DNA from: Carcharhinus amblyrhynchos
Lineage: Eukaryota
Length of the DNA stretch: 64,000 bases
Reading direction: 5' to 3'
Assembly (NCBI GenBank): GCA_965287045.1
Contig: OZ336873.1
Coordinates: 29,884,001 to 29,948,000, forward strand
Positions 37,793 through 51,805 of the stretch are shown here, piece by piece. Below the pieces are notes generated by a model, which ran no database searches, was not told the DNA's origin, and saw only the letters and a list, made by a program, of their open reading frames with translations. The position numbers were made by a program, and so were the translations under genes. Numbering within the stretch: position 1 is the stretch's first letter; each line of letters starts with the position of its first letter.

Positions 37793-40700
37793 GGACCGCT
37801 TGTTCATTTTAACCTGGGGGCGCTGTAGCCCACTGTAGGTCATTTTCTTTTATCTTGGCAGCTCAATACAAATTGAATCCAGGATCTTCCTGGTTTCTGT
37901 CCTAATCATTGATAAGCTCCCACGGTATTTAAACTTCTTTGATTAAAATCAACCTAATAACCGGGAGGACTTTGTTACATCGATTGAGTGCGGACGGGCA
38001 TATAGAATAACAGACAGGCTTTGTGAAAACTAGTGAACTGGACATCAAGACTAGTGAGCAGTGCTGAAGTGAAACAAGATTACCTCCCAACTCTTTACTG
38101 TTGTGAATTTCTTACAAGAATGATGAGCTATAGTAGAAAGTTGCGTTAATTTTTCATCAGTAATATACTTGATAGCCATTATTGCAGCCTGGAGTACTCT
38201 GAAATGTTTACTTTTAATCTTAAAAATTTCAAGAAACCACTGACCTCAGAATTCTAAGAGTCAGGTTTTGCTGCTGCAAGTGCAGTGGGATGGATGCTCC
38301 AGCCATCATCCTGACATAATCCTGAGCCATTTCCATTAATCTGGGTTGGTACCGTTTGCATCGAGGTTGGGAGACTTCTACTCCATTTGGTCAAATTTAG
38401 ATTTTTGTTGCAGCAATCGATTACTCTGTGATTAGAATCCAGCATGCTGAACTCTTACAGACCTCCTCCCCTGCAATGCAAGCATAGCAGCCTCATCCAG
38501 CCCTGTTAGCAGCACTGGAGGTGGACCGAGTGAGATTTCTGATGGCTGGCATTATCCTACTGATATAACATTGGCATGGAAGGAGGCAAGCGCAGGAAGC
38601 ATTCAATGGTGGAAATTCATAATGCAGAAGAAAGGGGTTGGAGACCTTGGGTAACTAGGTCCTGTCCCATATTCCAACCAACCCAACAATTTACCACCAG
38701 TTTAACTCCTGTCAGCTCAATTCAAACATAGCCCGAATCAATAGAATGGAAGTTTTCTCCATAATGCAGCAAGTGGTGTTATGATTGGAGTTAGTTTGGC
38801 TGTTTTAATTCAGTTGTTAATAGGAATTATGCACATCATTCAAGTGCCCATGATTTGACAGAGGCTGCAAGATTGGTGAAGTAAGAAGTGGAAAAGCATA
38901 ATAGTGGTTTATCAGGAAAGTACGGAATAGAAGTTAATGTTAAGGTGCATTGTTGAGGTTGAGTGCAAATGGTACATTATCTGATACAGCTCAGAGGTGG
39001 TTGTTTACCAATCATTATTTCCATCTCCAGGCCAATTTGGACCATGTTGGCTTGGATGGGGGTGAAGTCTGGTCAGTAGACTAAATACTTTTATTGTGGC
39101 AATAAGGAAATATTCGGATCTGAGTTAGAAACATGTTGCCAGTGGAAAATGTGCCAGTAAAATAATAACTTGCCTTTCAGTATAGCTTAGTTATGGTAGC
39201 GAGGAATGATCCAGAAATAAAGAGTTAATTGACTTTGTCACAGTGATGCTAAAGGCACAACAATTGCCTCAGTGGTCTTTAGGACAGTATTAGGCTGAGC
39301 TTTGATGTTGCGGTGATTGAATAGCCATACTCAGACCACAGTTGAATAATATCCAAGATTTTGTTGAAGTGGTCATCAACTGATCATATCTCAGTGAAGA
39401 AGTCAGTAGATTTAGAAAAATTAAGGTTTGAGGAATAGAAATTGACCGCAAAAAAGACAAAAAGAACTTCTCCAGTTATCATTTTTGTTGTGGCAGAATG
39501 CAAAGCATTTTTGCATAAGATAAAATGTAGCTATACATGAATTCCTACATTAAGTGATCTGTCCATTATTTTCCTCATTAGGGCAAGTCCTAAGTATCAT
39601 ATTAGTGATTTATTAGGAGAAAATAATCTGAGGTGGTTTCCCATTGCCTTCCTTGCAGTTTTTATCTTCAGAGCACCTTTATCCACATGAGCTAATATGT
39701 CCCACTTATCATGTGAAGATGCATGTACTCGCACTCAACATCACCCTAACATCCAGAGTTGGTGCTCTGGTCTCCACTTGCCGGGCAGTAGGAAGTTGGG
39801 CCAACCTTTCAGGCTGCGGGGTAGGAATAGCCAGCCGTCAATCCATACAGAAACAAAGACTCTATTCAATGTTAGTGCACTATTTCGAGACCGCACTTCA
39901 GATAGCTCCAGCAAGTGGAGACTAAAGTGAAGTGCATACCCTTCGCCCTCTGACTGAGGCATAATGGCTGCAACAAAGCAAAGGTCCCTATAGTGATTTG
40001 AGTAAGGTTACTTTTCCTTTCACAGGTCAGAACCTGGAAGAAGAAGAAGCGATAGCTTTGCCGGGGGTCTGTGCCAGCTTCTTCCCAGGGCACATGACCA
40101 AGGACAGTGATGCAAAAAAGAATCTGGCACAGGCTGTCTAGTTGTGGGTCAAGTGGCTGTCTTTTTTTGTCATCCAGTGATTTTTCAGGTAAAATGAGTT
40201 TGTAACTGATGCAGATGATTGAAGTAATAGATCACTACCATGAATAGATTGATAATTTTGACTGAGCTAAATACCACCCCAACCCCAATTAATCAGAGAC
40301 TTGCATATTTTAATCTGTTACTGGCAGCAGTGTGATTTACCTAATGATTGGTTGACAGAGGAACCATCGTCAAGAATCTGTCACACCATCCACTGGAACA
40401 TGGATATTGTCAACTCCCAGTTGCCATCTCCAAATGGAATACTACTTTGCACTGCGCGTGCAGCAATATGATTAGTGTCATGCAAGCAACACTTTAAGTG
40501 ACTACAGATTTTCAACATAAGACTTAACACTTCCTTAACTAATACAGACCTAGAATTATCATGACTTATAAAAGGCTAGCCATACCATGTCCAAGCATTG
40601 ATAATTTCTAGACCAACTACTGCAAAAAAAATCACTACAATAGATACTGTTGTAAGAGCAGATCACAGTAAGTTGATTTTAACCATTCAGGAGAAAATTC

Positions 40701-43700
40701 TTGTTTGTTGAAACCTAATAAAAATGGGGAGTTGATAGCCAGAAAGCTTCTTTTTATTGTATTTTCTAATGAAGTTTTAATGCATTTGCTACAATTGATT
40801 CAAAGGCTTTTAATGTGTATGCGTACACCATTCCTGAGCAAAGCAATATATTTCAAATGACATTCTTAGAGAGCTGGGACTGTGTAGCCCACATAAATAA
40901 TGTCGGGATATGGGCTGTAGCACTAAATGTACAAAAGCAACATACATTTCTTTCAAGCATGTGGCTATATTAATAGCATTAAATAGATGATATTCCATTT
41001 ATTACCCTGCACACGCTGGATTTTAAAGCTAGTGTATTAAGCATGAACCTGCTCAGCAGTCCTGCGGCTTCAGAATTCTCAGTCATTTCAAAACATTGCC
41101 AATAAATTAAGTCAAGGATGACCACAGCACTATAGTAATTGGCATCCTTAGAAAATGTACTGTCTGACATTAACTCCTTATTAATTCCTTAACCCCTTGC
41201 CTTTGGTTAAGATTGCAATAACTGTATCTAAGTTGCTGTTGAGTAATATTGTGCAAGGACAAACATTTCTATTTAATAACACATTAAACCTAATCATTTT
41301 GTTCATTTTAATATTGCTGTGTAGAATTCTGAGAAAAGTAAAAGGCACTTAAAACTGAAATCTGACTATTAAAAGAATTTAGCTAAATATATGAGAAGCT
41401 TCTATACAGAATAAAAATGATCAAACACTAGTGTAATGCCTCATAAGTTAGAAGTCAAATGTTGAGCAATGTATCAATAGGTCTGAACCCAAATTGTATT
41501 TATTACAACAGTATAGTATTAGATATATTGTGGAATTCTGAAGTAAAAATTGAATATTTGCTTATCTAAATTCTTCTTTGTTAACTTTGATAGAAAACAA
41601 AATCAGGGTGTAAATTAGACTGCAGATTCATTATCATGCTTCAGCCCCCCAGGTAACTTGACGTTTTGAAAAGTTCAATTTAGCGTCATATGGCCCGGGT
41701 GTTAAATTGCTTTATTATGTTAAAATTTTGTGGACATTTCATAATTTGCAGTGGATTAGAAAGGAATTCCCACGTTGCATGGGAGAAATAATATGAAGCA
41801 ATTTCACCATATCCAGTCGCAGAGTGCACAGTGAGAAGTGCTACATGGTTGCTTGGATTAAAAGAGGAAGTACTTAACATCAAAAATGTATTGCCTTTGT
41901 GATATAATCCCATGATTTCAGACAGTTGGTTGGCAAAAAGAAACTGACACTGATAAGCTGCGATTACAGGATAGAAATCCTTCCTGGAAGACACTATTCT
42001 TGGGCAACATTGTCACTAAAAGTTAGCTTTAGGCTAAGACCATAGTTCTTATCTCAGACCAGTGCTCCTCTTGAAGGCGTCATCCAGTGTCCTGCTGTGG
42101 GAAATACAACATAACCACACGATGGCTTATTTTGAGGTTTCTAGTCTGTAGAAGTAGCATTCCTTATTCTACACTCACACCCTTCTTATATTAATCAGCA
42201 TGCTATCAAATATTCAAGTGGGTGTTTGAGAATATGAAGTAGATTCCAGTCCAGAAAAGTGCCATGGAAGTTTTTTTAAACAGGGTTAGCTATTTCAGGA
42301 AGGTTGAAGTTATAATTCAGAACTGATTACTAACATTGCTGTTCAAATTTGAAAGCAAAAACAGTACTTTCACTTGAATTACTCAGCAGTACAGAAAGTT
42401 AGCATTTGTTGGGGAGAAAGAGGGGAGGAAAAGAGTTAGTAACCATTCCTATTTCTATCAAGCCAGATGTCCCGTTTAGACCAGATGTTTACTTTTAAGT
42501 TCCAGTAGTCATTCTTTCCATTCCAATCTGAAGCAGATTGTAGGATGGTGTTGCACTGGATATGGTCAGTGACAGGAGTTAGAGCATTCTTATGGAATGC
42601 TTATTTGCAGTTATGTGGTGACCGCATTTGTCAGAGCATTAGTCAATTGGATTATGCACCAATCGATTGCAGGTCTCTGTGATTTCTCGAAGGCTACAAT
42701 GTACTTGCCTCTCCTAGAATACTCACACATTTTCTCAAGTCACAAATCCATTCATCTCACAATGTCAAATTGTAATAATTAAGCATTATTGATCTTAAAT
42801 TCAATTAACTGCATTAACACTTGACTAGATCGAGGTGATTGTAGGGGCTGGCCAGACAGAGCATGTGCCGATACTTAACTCAACAATGCCCACCCGGAAC
42901 TGTTAAAGTTTATGCTGTAAACTACAACAGCATGTGTGATTATTCCAGGCCCCAGACAGTTCCCACCCAGCAAACGGAACCTACACCTGCATCTCATTAT
43001 AATTTTCATTTTTTTAAAATTCCCACAGACAGAGAGCCTGATTCCAATAAAGGCCTAGTTCTGCAGTTAGCATTAATCAAAGTAATTGCCTGGTAAGAAG
43101 TTAAAAAAAAGAGGTTAATGTTAATAGCTAGACTGAAGCAAATATTTCAGACTTTTGGTGGGGGATACCTGGTGAGTGTTTGTCTCTATTTGCAGATCTT
43201 TTGTTTCACTTCATTGGGAAATAGTGAGAATGATGTCTGTGGACATTGGGACAGGAGGGGGCAAGGACAGAAGCTGACAGGCATGTAACATGGCACAGTC
43301 AGCCAGCCCCATCCCACCTCTGGACCATAACTTGGGGGTGGGATGGTTACCTGCCCATGAGCAGCAGGTAACTAATTAAAGTAATGAAAGCCCAATTATT
43401 AGAGGTTAATTGGAATTTTCCAGTTGGCCTCTAGGCCCTTGCAGCAGGGCAGCTGCCTAGAGGTGGCCTCCTGGCTGCAGACTGGGTGGCAGGAAATGGG
43501 GACGTGCTCCAGGCAGGCTTCGAGGATCTACGTGACTATAGCTGCAGATGCAGGCTACTCTGTGGCGAAGTTTCTGCTACACATTGTGGCCCAGCTGCTG
43601 GTGACAATTTTTGAATGCAATAGTTTGAGAAGTGCTGAGAGGAACCCTCAAGGTGAAGACGCCCTCTCTCTGCCCTTTACTTACAAATGCAACCTACACC

Positions 43701-44351
43701 TCCCTCCGAGCCGGACGGTCATCTTTTGGCCTAATTGGATGGTGAGTGCTCCCTCCCAATCTTTTAGGTGGCCAGTTCAAGTAAAATCACTGCAGGGTGA
43801 CTGTTACCGACACAGTGCAGAGTTGAGATCCTCAATTGATCTCATGCCAAAACCCTTTGATGGGTTATACTCCCCAGACATTATTGTTTGAGCTGTATAT
43901 GCTGGCATCCTTCTCTGGTCTATTTTCTCCCCCAGAGATTCTGCGTCATCCTTAAAGAAACCTTTGAATAAGCAGTTGTTGTGCGAGTGAAACTCAATTC
44001 AAACCCAACAATCTAGTGTTGACTTTGTGCCATGCCCATGGCATCTGGGAGGTTAATTCTTTGAATAATGAGACCTTCCTTAGCCCCAGGCAATCCTTTG
44101 ACCTGCATCCAATGAGTCACAAATAGGACACTAACCTGAAAACTAGAAAGAGGCACCCAGGAAAACAGGATAAATGTCCCAAATTAATCCCAGAAACATT
44201 TTCATCTAAAGCTCAGTTGACCTGATCCTGAAATGTTGAACTTCCTGCACAGTCCTTTTGTTTGGCAAATGTGTCTTGCAGCTTTATGGGATCAGTGTTC
44301 TCTGTTCAAGTCTTTGCCTGTGATTGTGTAATGATATTAGTCTGTTAAAGA

Positions 44352-44573
44352 GACTGGTGTGGGAATTAAATGCTCACAGCCACTCAACAGCACCTAGAGT
44401 CAAAGCCACAAATTACAACATGGCACCATACTACAGCATATATTTAATAAATTTCATGCATGTTTTACGTTAGTACTGTAAATGTTGTTGTTCTCTCTGT
44501 AACACATTAAACTAACGGTGCCAGAAATGAAGTGCATCTTCAAGAGGAACAGAATTCTTAGTATTGCCATTGT
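44352..44573 (+). repeat. Left arm of ~200-bp inverted duplication
   Basis: Reverse complement aligns to 45594-45793 (e.g. CCACAAATTACAACATGGCACCATACTACAGCATATATTTAATAA is identical). Confidence 0.95.
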
Positions 44574-45412
44574 AGAGAACCAGCACTTGTAATTGAGAAG
44601 GCTGCTGATTACAAATCCCTTTTACACCCTCAGAAGTATTTTGAGGCAGAGTGCTGTCTGAATTACTTAAAATCTGGAGCATTGGTTACATGCTGTAGAA
44701 AAATTAAAGATGCAACTTTTGCAAGAGTTTGCAGCAAAATATCTATCAGATTAGAAGAATGTCTTGTCAGTCCCGAGTTGCCAGTAATACACACCTGAAT
44801 ATCATCCGACTGAAAATAAAAAATATTGTGTTCCTTTTCCTGTGTAGTTCAGATCATCAAGCTTTTACATAGGTTTACCTCTTAAAACGGACGTTGACAA
44901 CAAGTTGGAAACAAGAAAGAAAGAGACGTGGAATGTGCTGTGCCTAAATTCTATGTTAGTGGGTTGAGATTGGAGACACTATTGATTTGAAATCCAATAA
45001 ATGTTTTGAAGCATGAATTAAAAACTTTGAATGCTTTCTTTACGGAAGGACAGTGTATTGCTCTACTTTTTTACTGAAATTTAAAATGAAATTAGAAACA
45101 GGATTGTTCATGCTGAGTAATATGGGAGAAAATAGAAAATGCCACGCATTGTTCAGATGGAGCTTTTTAAAATGGCCATCAATCTTCCTTTCCTTCGCTC
45201 TATAATGATGTCATCCAGGAAATGTCACAAACTCCATTCCTCCAGCCTAAATATCACCCAATATTTGATCAACGTTCTTTGTAAGCACAATTTCATCCGC
45301 CAGTTCACCATCCTATCAGTTCACAACTTTAAAAGACAATAATATCCTACCAATATGTCATGCAACTTATGTGCGTTGTTAGGTTTGCAGCAAAACTGAA
45401 TGACGAGATGAT

Positions 45413-45980
45413 TATAGAATCTCTACAGTGCGGAAGAAGGCCATTTGGCTCATTGAGCTTGCACCAACAACAATCCCATCCAGGCCCTATCTACGTAACC
45501 CCACATGTTTACCTTGCTAATCCACCTGATACTAAGGGGCAACTTAGCATGGCCAGTACACCTAACCCACACATCTTTGGACTTCCTCACTAAACAATGG
45601 CAATACTTGAAGATGCACTTCATTTCTGGCACCATTAATTTAATGTGTTACACAGAGATCAATAAAATTGACAGTACCAACATAAAACATGCATGAAAAT
45701 TATTAAATATATGCTGTAGTATGGTGCCATGTTGTAATTTGTGGATTTGACTAAAAGTGCTGTTGAATGTCTGAGCATTTAATTTCCACAGTCCAAAGAT
45801 GGCTGAATTGCCTCCTTATGTACTGTAGGGATTCCATGAAACTGGAGCACCCGGAGGAAACCCATGTAGACAAGGGGAGAACGTGTAAACTCCACACACA
45901 GAGTTACCCAAGGCCGGAACTGAACCCGGGTCCCTGGCACTGTGAGGCAGCAGTACTAACCATTGTGCTACCATACTGCC
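45413..45980 (-). mobile_element. HE1 V-SINE (CR1-type tail) disrupted by a ~255-bp insertion
   Basis: 3' half 45413-45583, 5' half 45839-45980. Confidence 0.9.
45594..45793 (-). repeat. Right arm of the inverted duplication
   Basis: Inverted copy of 44352-44573. Confidence 0.95.
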
Positions 45981-46783
45981 TCAATGGTTGATATCATACA
46001 ACTATACATGACAGTGCTAAAATATTACATTAATTTTTTTCTATATAAACTGTAAGGTAATGGTGCAAAGGAGAATGTATCCAGTAACAATGAAGAGATT
46101 GTTTTCTGAAAGAAGTTCTCATCGTTTGTTCCAGTTCCTAGAAACTGAAGTGCCTCTTTTTAAATCAAATTCCGATTGAAATATAGTGAAGCGATATGCT
46201 GGAGCTGCAAGTTACAGCAATGCCGAGTGATGGCACACAGAGAGTTCACGGTTGTTACTGAGCTGCCAATTTCAGGGATATTGCTGTGGGGAGCTGCCAC
46301 CAGAGGCTAGACACTTTCCCATAGGGACCATCTCGCCAGTTGAGGTGGACTGGTTTTGGTAGAGGCCTGGACGCATGATGCCTTGCTGTTGAGACGTGAT
46401 TGATGGGGATTGGGAAAAAAAAGGAGTGAGAGCAAAATATCAAAACCAGGTAGACTGACAAGAAAAAGAAAAATTCACAACGACTTTTTAAGTTAGTTTC
46501 TGAGGAGGAATCATTCACGTGTACGCAAATGGGTCCATTTCTACGTAAATATGAAAGCAGCAGCCTCTTTGCATGCTGCTGAGTGTACTTCTAAAATGTC
46601 AGCTTCAAATAAAGATGTATTTGTAAACCCCCATAATAATCTGTGAAGACATAATGATATTATTTGTCCCTGCACATACTCCTTTAGTTAAAAGCATGGC
46701 AACCCTGTCTTCTAAGGCATGCCATTTCTAAAGAAATCATTTCAGCAGTGGATAAAAATTTATTTCTCTTTTTTATTCTGTAT

Positions 46784-47078
46784 GCATGGTGGCACAGTGG
46801 CTAGCACTGCTGCCTCACAACGCCAGGGAGCTGGGTTCAATTCCTGACTTGGGTTACTATCTGTGCAAAGTCTGCACATTCTCCCCATGCCTGCATGGAT
46901 TTCCTCCGGGTGCTCCGGTTTCCTCCCACTGTCCGAAAAACGTGCTGGTTAGGTGCATTGGCCATGCTAAATTCTCCCTCATAGTGCCCAGATATGCGCC
47001 AGAGTGTGGTGACGAGGGGACTTTCACTGTAACTTAATTGCCTAATACTCGTAAGCCTACTTGCAACTAACAAATAAA
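46784..47078 (+). mobile_element. HE1-like V-SINE, alternative-tail subfamily
   Basis: GGTGGCACAGTGG, GGTTCAATTCC, V core, GTAAGCCTACTTG tail. Confidence 0.9.
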
Positions 47079-47988
47079 TTAACTAATATTTTGAAAGAAG
47101 GCTGGAAATATTTAGTAGTCAAGAACAGTGTGTGTGTAATTTGAACTGTCGACATTATTATGACTATCGGTAACGAAATGGACCACCAACAAGTTCAATT
47201 GTATTTTGTCAAAAGATAATTGGAAAATAAATAAATTTCACTCAACAGTGGAGCTACAACACACGTTCGATGAGTTAGCTAAGCCTGTCAGTGATGACGA
47301 TCCCAGGTTTGATTCTCAGTCCGTGTTGAATTAGGTGACCTCAGCATTCAGTATGGAAGAATTAGCTCCAGCACACAAAACTGGCAAGAGTAAAGCATAG
47401 TTTTGGGTTCCCAGTCCCATGATCCAGACATCTGTGGCAGAAAACTGTCTGCATGTTGGCCTTGGGTGAGGGTAGAATCATCTGCCTGCAGTCCAGAAGC
47501 CTGCCAGAACCTTGTGCAAGGTTCGTGCATGAAAAATTGCCACTTGGGCAACCTACTGGAGGGTACCCAGCAACTGTGGCGTTATACTCCAGCAGTCAGT
47601 GACTTCCAGAAAGAGAGTGGGGGAGAAAATTGCCAGACAAAATTCAGAAAAGTACCAGATAAATTGATAAGAACATATGGTACCAAGAATTGATGTGAAA
47701 ATAGGCTCACTAGATTCATGTGAAAGAGGAATTTTGTACCAGGCCTCTTCAATCACCAATAATAATCAGACCCTGAGTAGACAAGAAAGATTTTATGCAG
47801 CTTTTTGATCACATTATGGAGCTAGTTACATATTAAGGAGAGCCCAATCCATTATATTGTTTGACTGCCAATTTGGGAATGTTGGTTTGACATCAGGTGC
47901 CATTAAAGCAAATAAGCAAATGTTTCAACTTGTCCTGAACTGGACTGGACTAAAGTGGTGGAAGCCTTGCATAATTGAATCCTGGCAT

Positions 47989-48440
47989 GATTTGATTTAT
48001 TATTGTCACATGTATTAACATACAGTGAAAAGTATTGTTTCTTGCCCACGATACAGACAGAACATACCGATCATAGAGAAGGAAACGAGAGAGTGCAGAA
48101 TGTAGTGTTACAGTCATAGCTAGGGTGTAGAGAAAGATCAACTTAACGCGAGGTGGGTCCATTCAAAACTTTGACAGCAGCAGGGAAGAAGCTGTTCTTG
48201 AGTCGGTTGGTACATGACCTCAGACTCTTGTATCTTTTTCTTGAAGGAAGAAGGTGGAAGAGAGAATGTCCGGGGTGCGTGGAGTCCTTAATTTTGCTAG
48301 CTGCTTTGCCGAGGCTTTGGGAAGTGTAGACAGAGTCAGTGAATGGGAGGCAGGTTTGTGTGATGGATTGGGCTACATTCACAAACTTTTGTAGTTTCTC
48401 CACCAGATCCTCTGTCTCATTCCTGTACTCTGTCTCGTCA
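47989..48440 (-). mobile_element. Rex1/Babar-like LINE 3' end with internal deletion
   Basis: DETEYRNETEDLVE/KLQKFVNVAQSIT..HPGHSLFHLLPSRKRYKSL..RLKNSFFPAAVKVLN. Confidence 0.85.
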
Positions 48441-50694
48441 GAGGTGAGACACAGACATGAACCTGTACTGAATTGCTTAACCACGATAGATGTGTCAAGC
48501 TCAAATTACTTTTTCCCCACTAGGTTGAAATTGCGCACACCTGCCACAACCTCCGTCAACCTCAGGACGGAATTGCGACGCTATAGCTCCAAACCACAAT
48601 GTTAACTGTAAAATGCACTTACAGCTGGAATGGCAGCACTTCTCTTCCTCCTTTCACTAGCTAGCACTAGGAAAGGGACAGAAATTCCTCCAGCATGGCG
48701 ACAATCCTGTTTCATTATCAAAACCCGATGTGAGTTACGAGTTAAAGCCTTTAAGGCATATCGGTAACATCATTCAGTTTACTTTATGAAAGTTAGTTTC
48801 TAGAAGGAAACAGAAAAAACAAATTAGGCTGTAGTTTCTATCATTAGATATGGTCTGTAGTTTTATTTTCCACACTTAAGAAGAAAATGTTATGGGTTAT
48901 GTAAAAATATGCTAACTCAATAATCATACTAATTTTTAACCATGACAATGGTATTCAGAATTTCTGTATCCTAGCAACCTAGTGATTAGTTTGTCAATCG
49001 TGAAAAGCAGAATTCTACTGAGTAAAATATTTGATTCCATGCTTGATTCAACAAAATGATTTAAACCATTAGTGGAAGTCGAGTCACTCTGTTTTGTTCC
49101 TTGGAATCAGTGAATTACTTCATGCTGATGTACACTAAACAACTAAACCCTGCTCCTACTAAGTGTGGGTACTTGCTATACTGTAGAAGGGGAGGACTTT
49201 GTGATTAATGTTCCAAGGAGATTAAATATGATTTTCAGAAAAGAAACAACTCATCTTCCACAATGGGAAAGGAACATTGTAAGGATGAGGAAGATTCATT
49301 TTTCGTAATGGTTGGGAATATTTCTAAAGAAGTATTTAACCTATTGAAGACCACAACAGCATTTGTTAATTTATTGAAATTATAAGTTAATTTTTCTTTT
49401 AAGGTACCATTGGAAAATGTGGTTATTCCCTACATTTTGTAGTTTATTTTTCAGTGTAGGAATATATGGAGATCATTTCTTCCATGTTTTGCATGATGAG
49501 ACACACAAATGTACGGTTACTTGAACAGGGAAGTGACCAGTCAGTAATCAAAGGGTTACAGTTTGTGTATAAGTGACAGGGCTCCACTGAAATCCATTAC
49601 AAGTCGTGTCTTTAGTGTTTGCCAGATTGCTCTGCATTAAAAGGCCCTCACCACAACTGAAGCATCCACTAAAGCCTACAATATATTCATGTTTCAAGTG
49701 TTGTTTATTGTCTTGTTGACTACATGTCCTGCTTTCATGCGGAGCTTTCTGGGTCTGCATTTTCTTTTGGGCTCTTTACTTTCAGATATTTTTTCCCCCC
49801 CAAAAAAGTCCTGAGACGGTTTGCTGTAGTGCCTGCTCAGAGACACTTTGGCCTTGAATACTGGATGCTTCTGCATTGTCACACATTGTAGAACAAAAAG
49901 TAATATATCACCGTTTATCTTTTGGAAAATCAGAATTCATAAAGCTTTTACAAACCCCCTGTGATGGTGTAATTATTAATTACATATGTTTCATTCATAA
50001 TTCTAAAGAAGAAGACAAATGGCAGTGAAATTTGAAGTGTGCAGTAATTTATTAGGCAATAAAATTGATGTATTCACCCAGCCTTCAAAATTCATCCGTT
50101 ATGAAAAGTTTAGGGCCAAAGCCCAGCAAGGGGTTATGGGACAACCTCCCCTTGGGCACTGTATAATTTTAATAAACTAAAATGGCAAATATACAATTCC
50201 TTGGATAGTTGTGGTCATACACACTGCATTTTCTTAAACTGAGGATAGATGAAGGGTGACTGTGTTAATGTTTTCTGTTACAAACAGAATATGGTACTCC
50301 ACACCTGATGCATGTTCAGAAGGAACATCAATTTCAGTGCAAATCAGCATGGTTTTGCTTCCAGTGTTATAACATACTAGTTTTTTGGGTATTCTGATTA
50401 ATTAGTGACAACATTTTAAAACAATTAATATTGCTGAACTTGACTTTAAGGTAGAATCCCTCCCCCTCAAAAAACCAATAAAGCACCTCAATTTCCTTGT
50501 CCCTCCTTTTATGGTTTTTGTTATTTGGAACTTTATCTACTTTGATGTGAATGGAAAGCAGGACTGTTCACAACTGTCAAGGAGAAGAAATGGATTTGTT
50601 TCCAAATGTGAGGAGGTGAAAAATTGTGTCTTTGCAACATAAGCAGGTGGATGGAAGAGGTGTTTTGGCAATAGAAGTATTTCACTTCCAATCT

Positions 50695-50762
50695 TAAGGG
50701 TGTACGGGTGCTGGCTCAGTAGGCCAAATGGCCTCCATCTGCACTGCAGGGATTCTATGAAC
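50695..50762 (+). mobile_element. HE1/HER1 3' tail fragment
   Basis: GGCCAAATGGCCTCCATCTGCACTGCAGGGATTCTATGA. Confidence 0.7.
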
Positions 50763-51434
50763 TTGTGGGTTCTGAGCTATTTGAATTTGCTGGCCTCCAT
50801 TTGGTCTTTTTTGCCATTCTCTGTGTTACATACTGAATGGAATGCTACGTTGTTGGGGGTGCTAGTGCGTAAACCTGGTATGACCCAGTTCACTCAGTTT
50901 GAATTGTGCCTCCTGATGATAGATCGCAATCGGGCACCCTCTTCTGCTCAACTTGGATGATAAGCATTGATTGCCATTAAGTGCACAGTCTTGATCAGCC
51001 TGTAGGAGGCTTTGTCACAAGGATCATTTTCTTCAATGAAAAGGAAGAAGAAAATATACATTTTTAAAAAAAGCAAACAGGATGACTTGTCTGTCAACAG
51101 ATTCTGACCTGCAATCTTTTTGGAGTCGTATTTCCTTAATGCATATAAATGTCTACTGTATATAAGAATGTAAAAGAATGGGAATAATAAGGAAATTTAA
51201 TGCATTGTTTAGCGTTCAGTGCTCAATTTGCCTCACCATGCACTTGACCCCAAAGTGAGTTTTTGGCTCAGAGGTCGCATTCTGTCTCTGATTTAGTTTG
51301 AGGCCCGTTCCAGACCTCTCTATCAAATGGAAACTAGAATATAATCACTAAACACTGGCTGATATCCAGTGGGCATTTGTGTCTGTCTGGGTTTTGTGTC
51401 AGAACGTTTGGGTCCCAATCCAGATTGCCCATGT

Positions 51435-51805
51435 CAGCGCAGTGGTACTGTAACTAGCGATCTAGTTACAGTAATCTAGAGACACGGGGTAATGTTCTGG
51501 GGATGCTGGTCTGAACCCCTACCACGGCAGATGGTGAAATTTGACTTCAATAGAAGAATCTAGAATTAAAACTCTAATGATGAAACCATTGTCAATTGTT
51601 GTAAAAACTCATCTAGTTCACTAATGTCCTTTAGGGAGGGAGATCTGCCATCCTTACCTGGTCTGGCCTACATGTGACTCTAGCCACACAGCAACGTGGT
51701 CGACTCTTCAATGCCCTCTGAAATGGTCCACCAAGCCACACAGGTCAAAGGCAATCAGGGATTGGCAATAAATGCTGGCACAGCAGTGATGCCCACATCT
51801 GATGA
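51435..51805 (+). mobile_element. tRNA-derived SINE, second family, near full length
   Basis: A-box-like GCGCAGTGG, degenerate B box, body and tail GGCAATAAATGCTGGC..GCCCACATC shared with the 24620 copy. Confidence 0.8.

Noticed and set aside
43140-43891. 155-aa ORF and GC-richer segment
   Set aside because: No domain; probably an old non-autonomous DNA transposon, but termini could not be fixed
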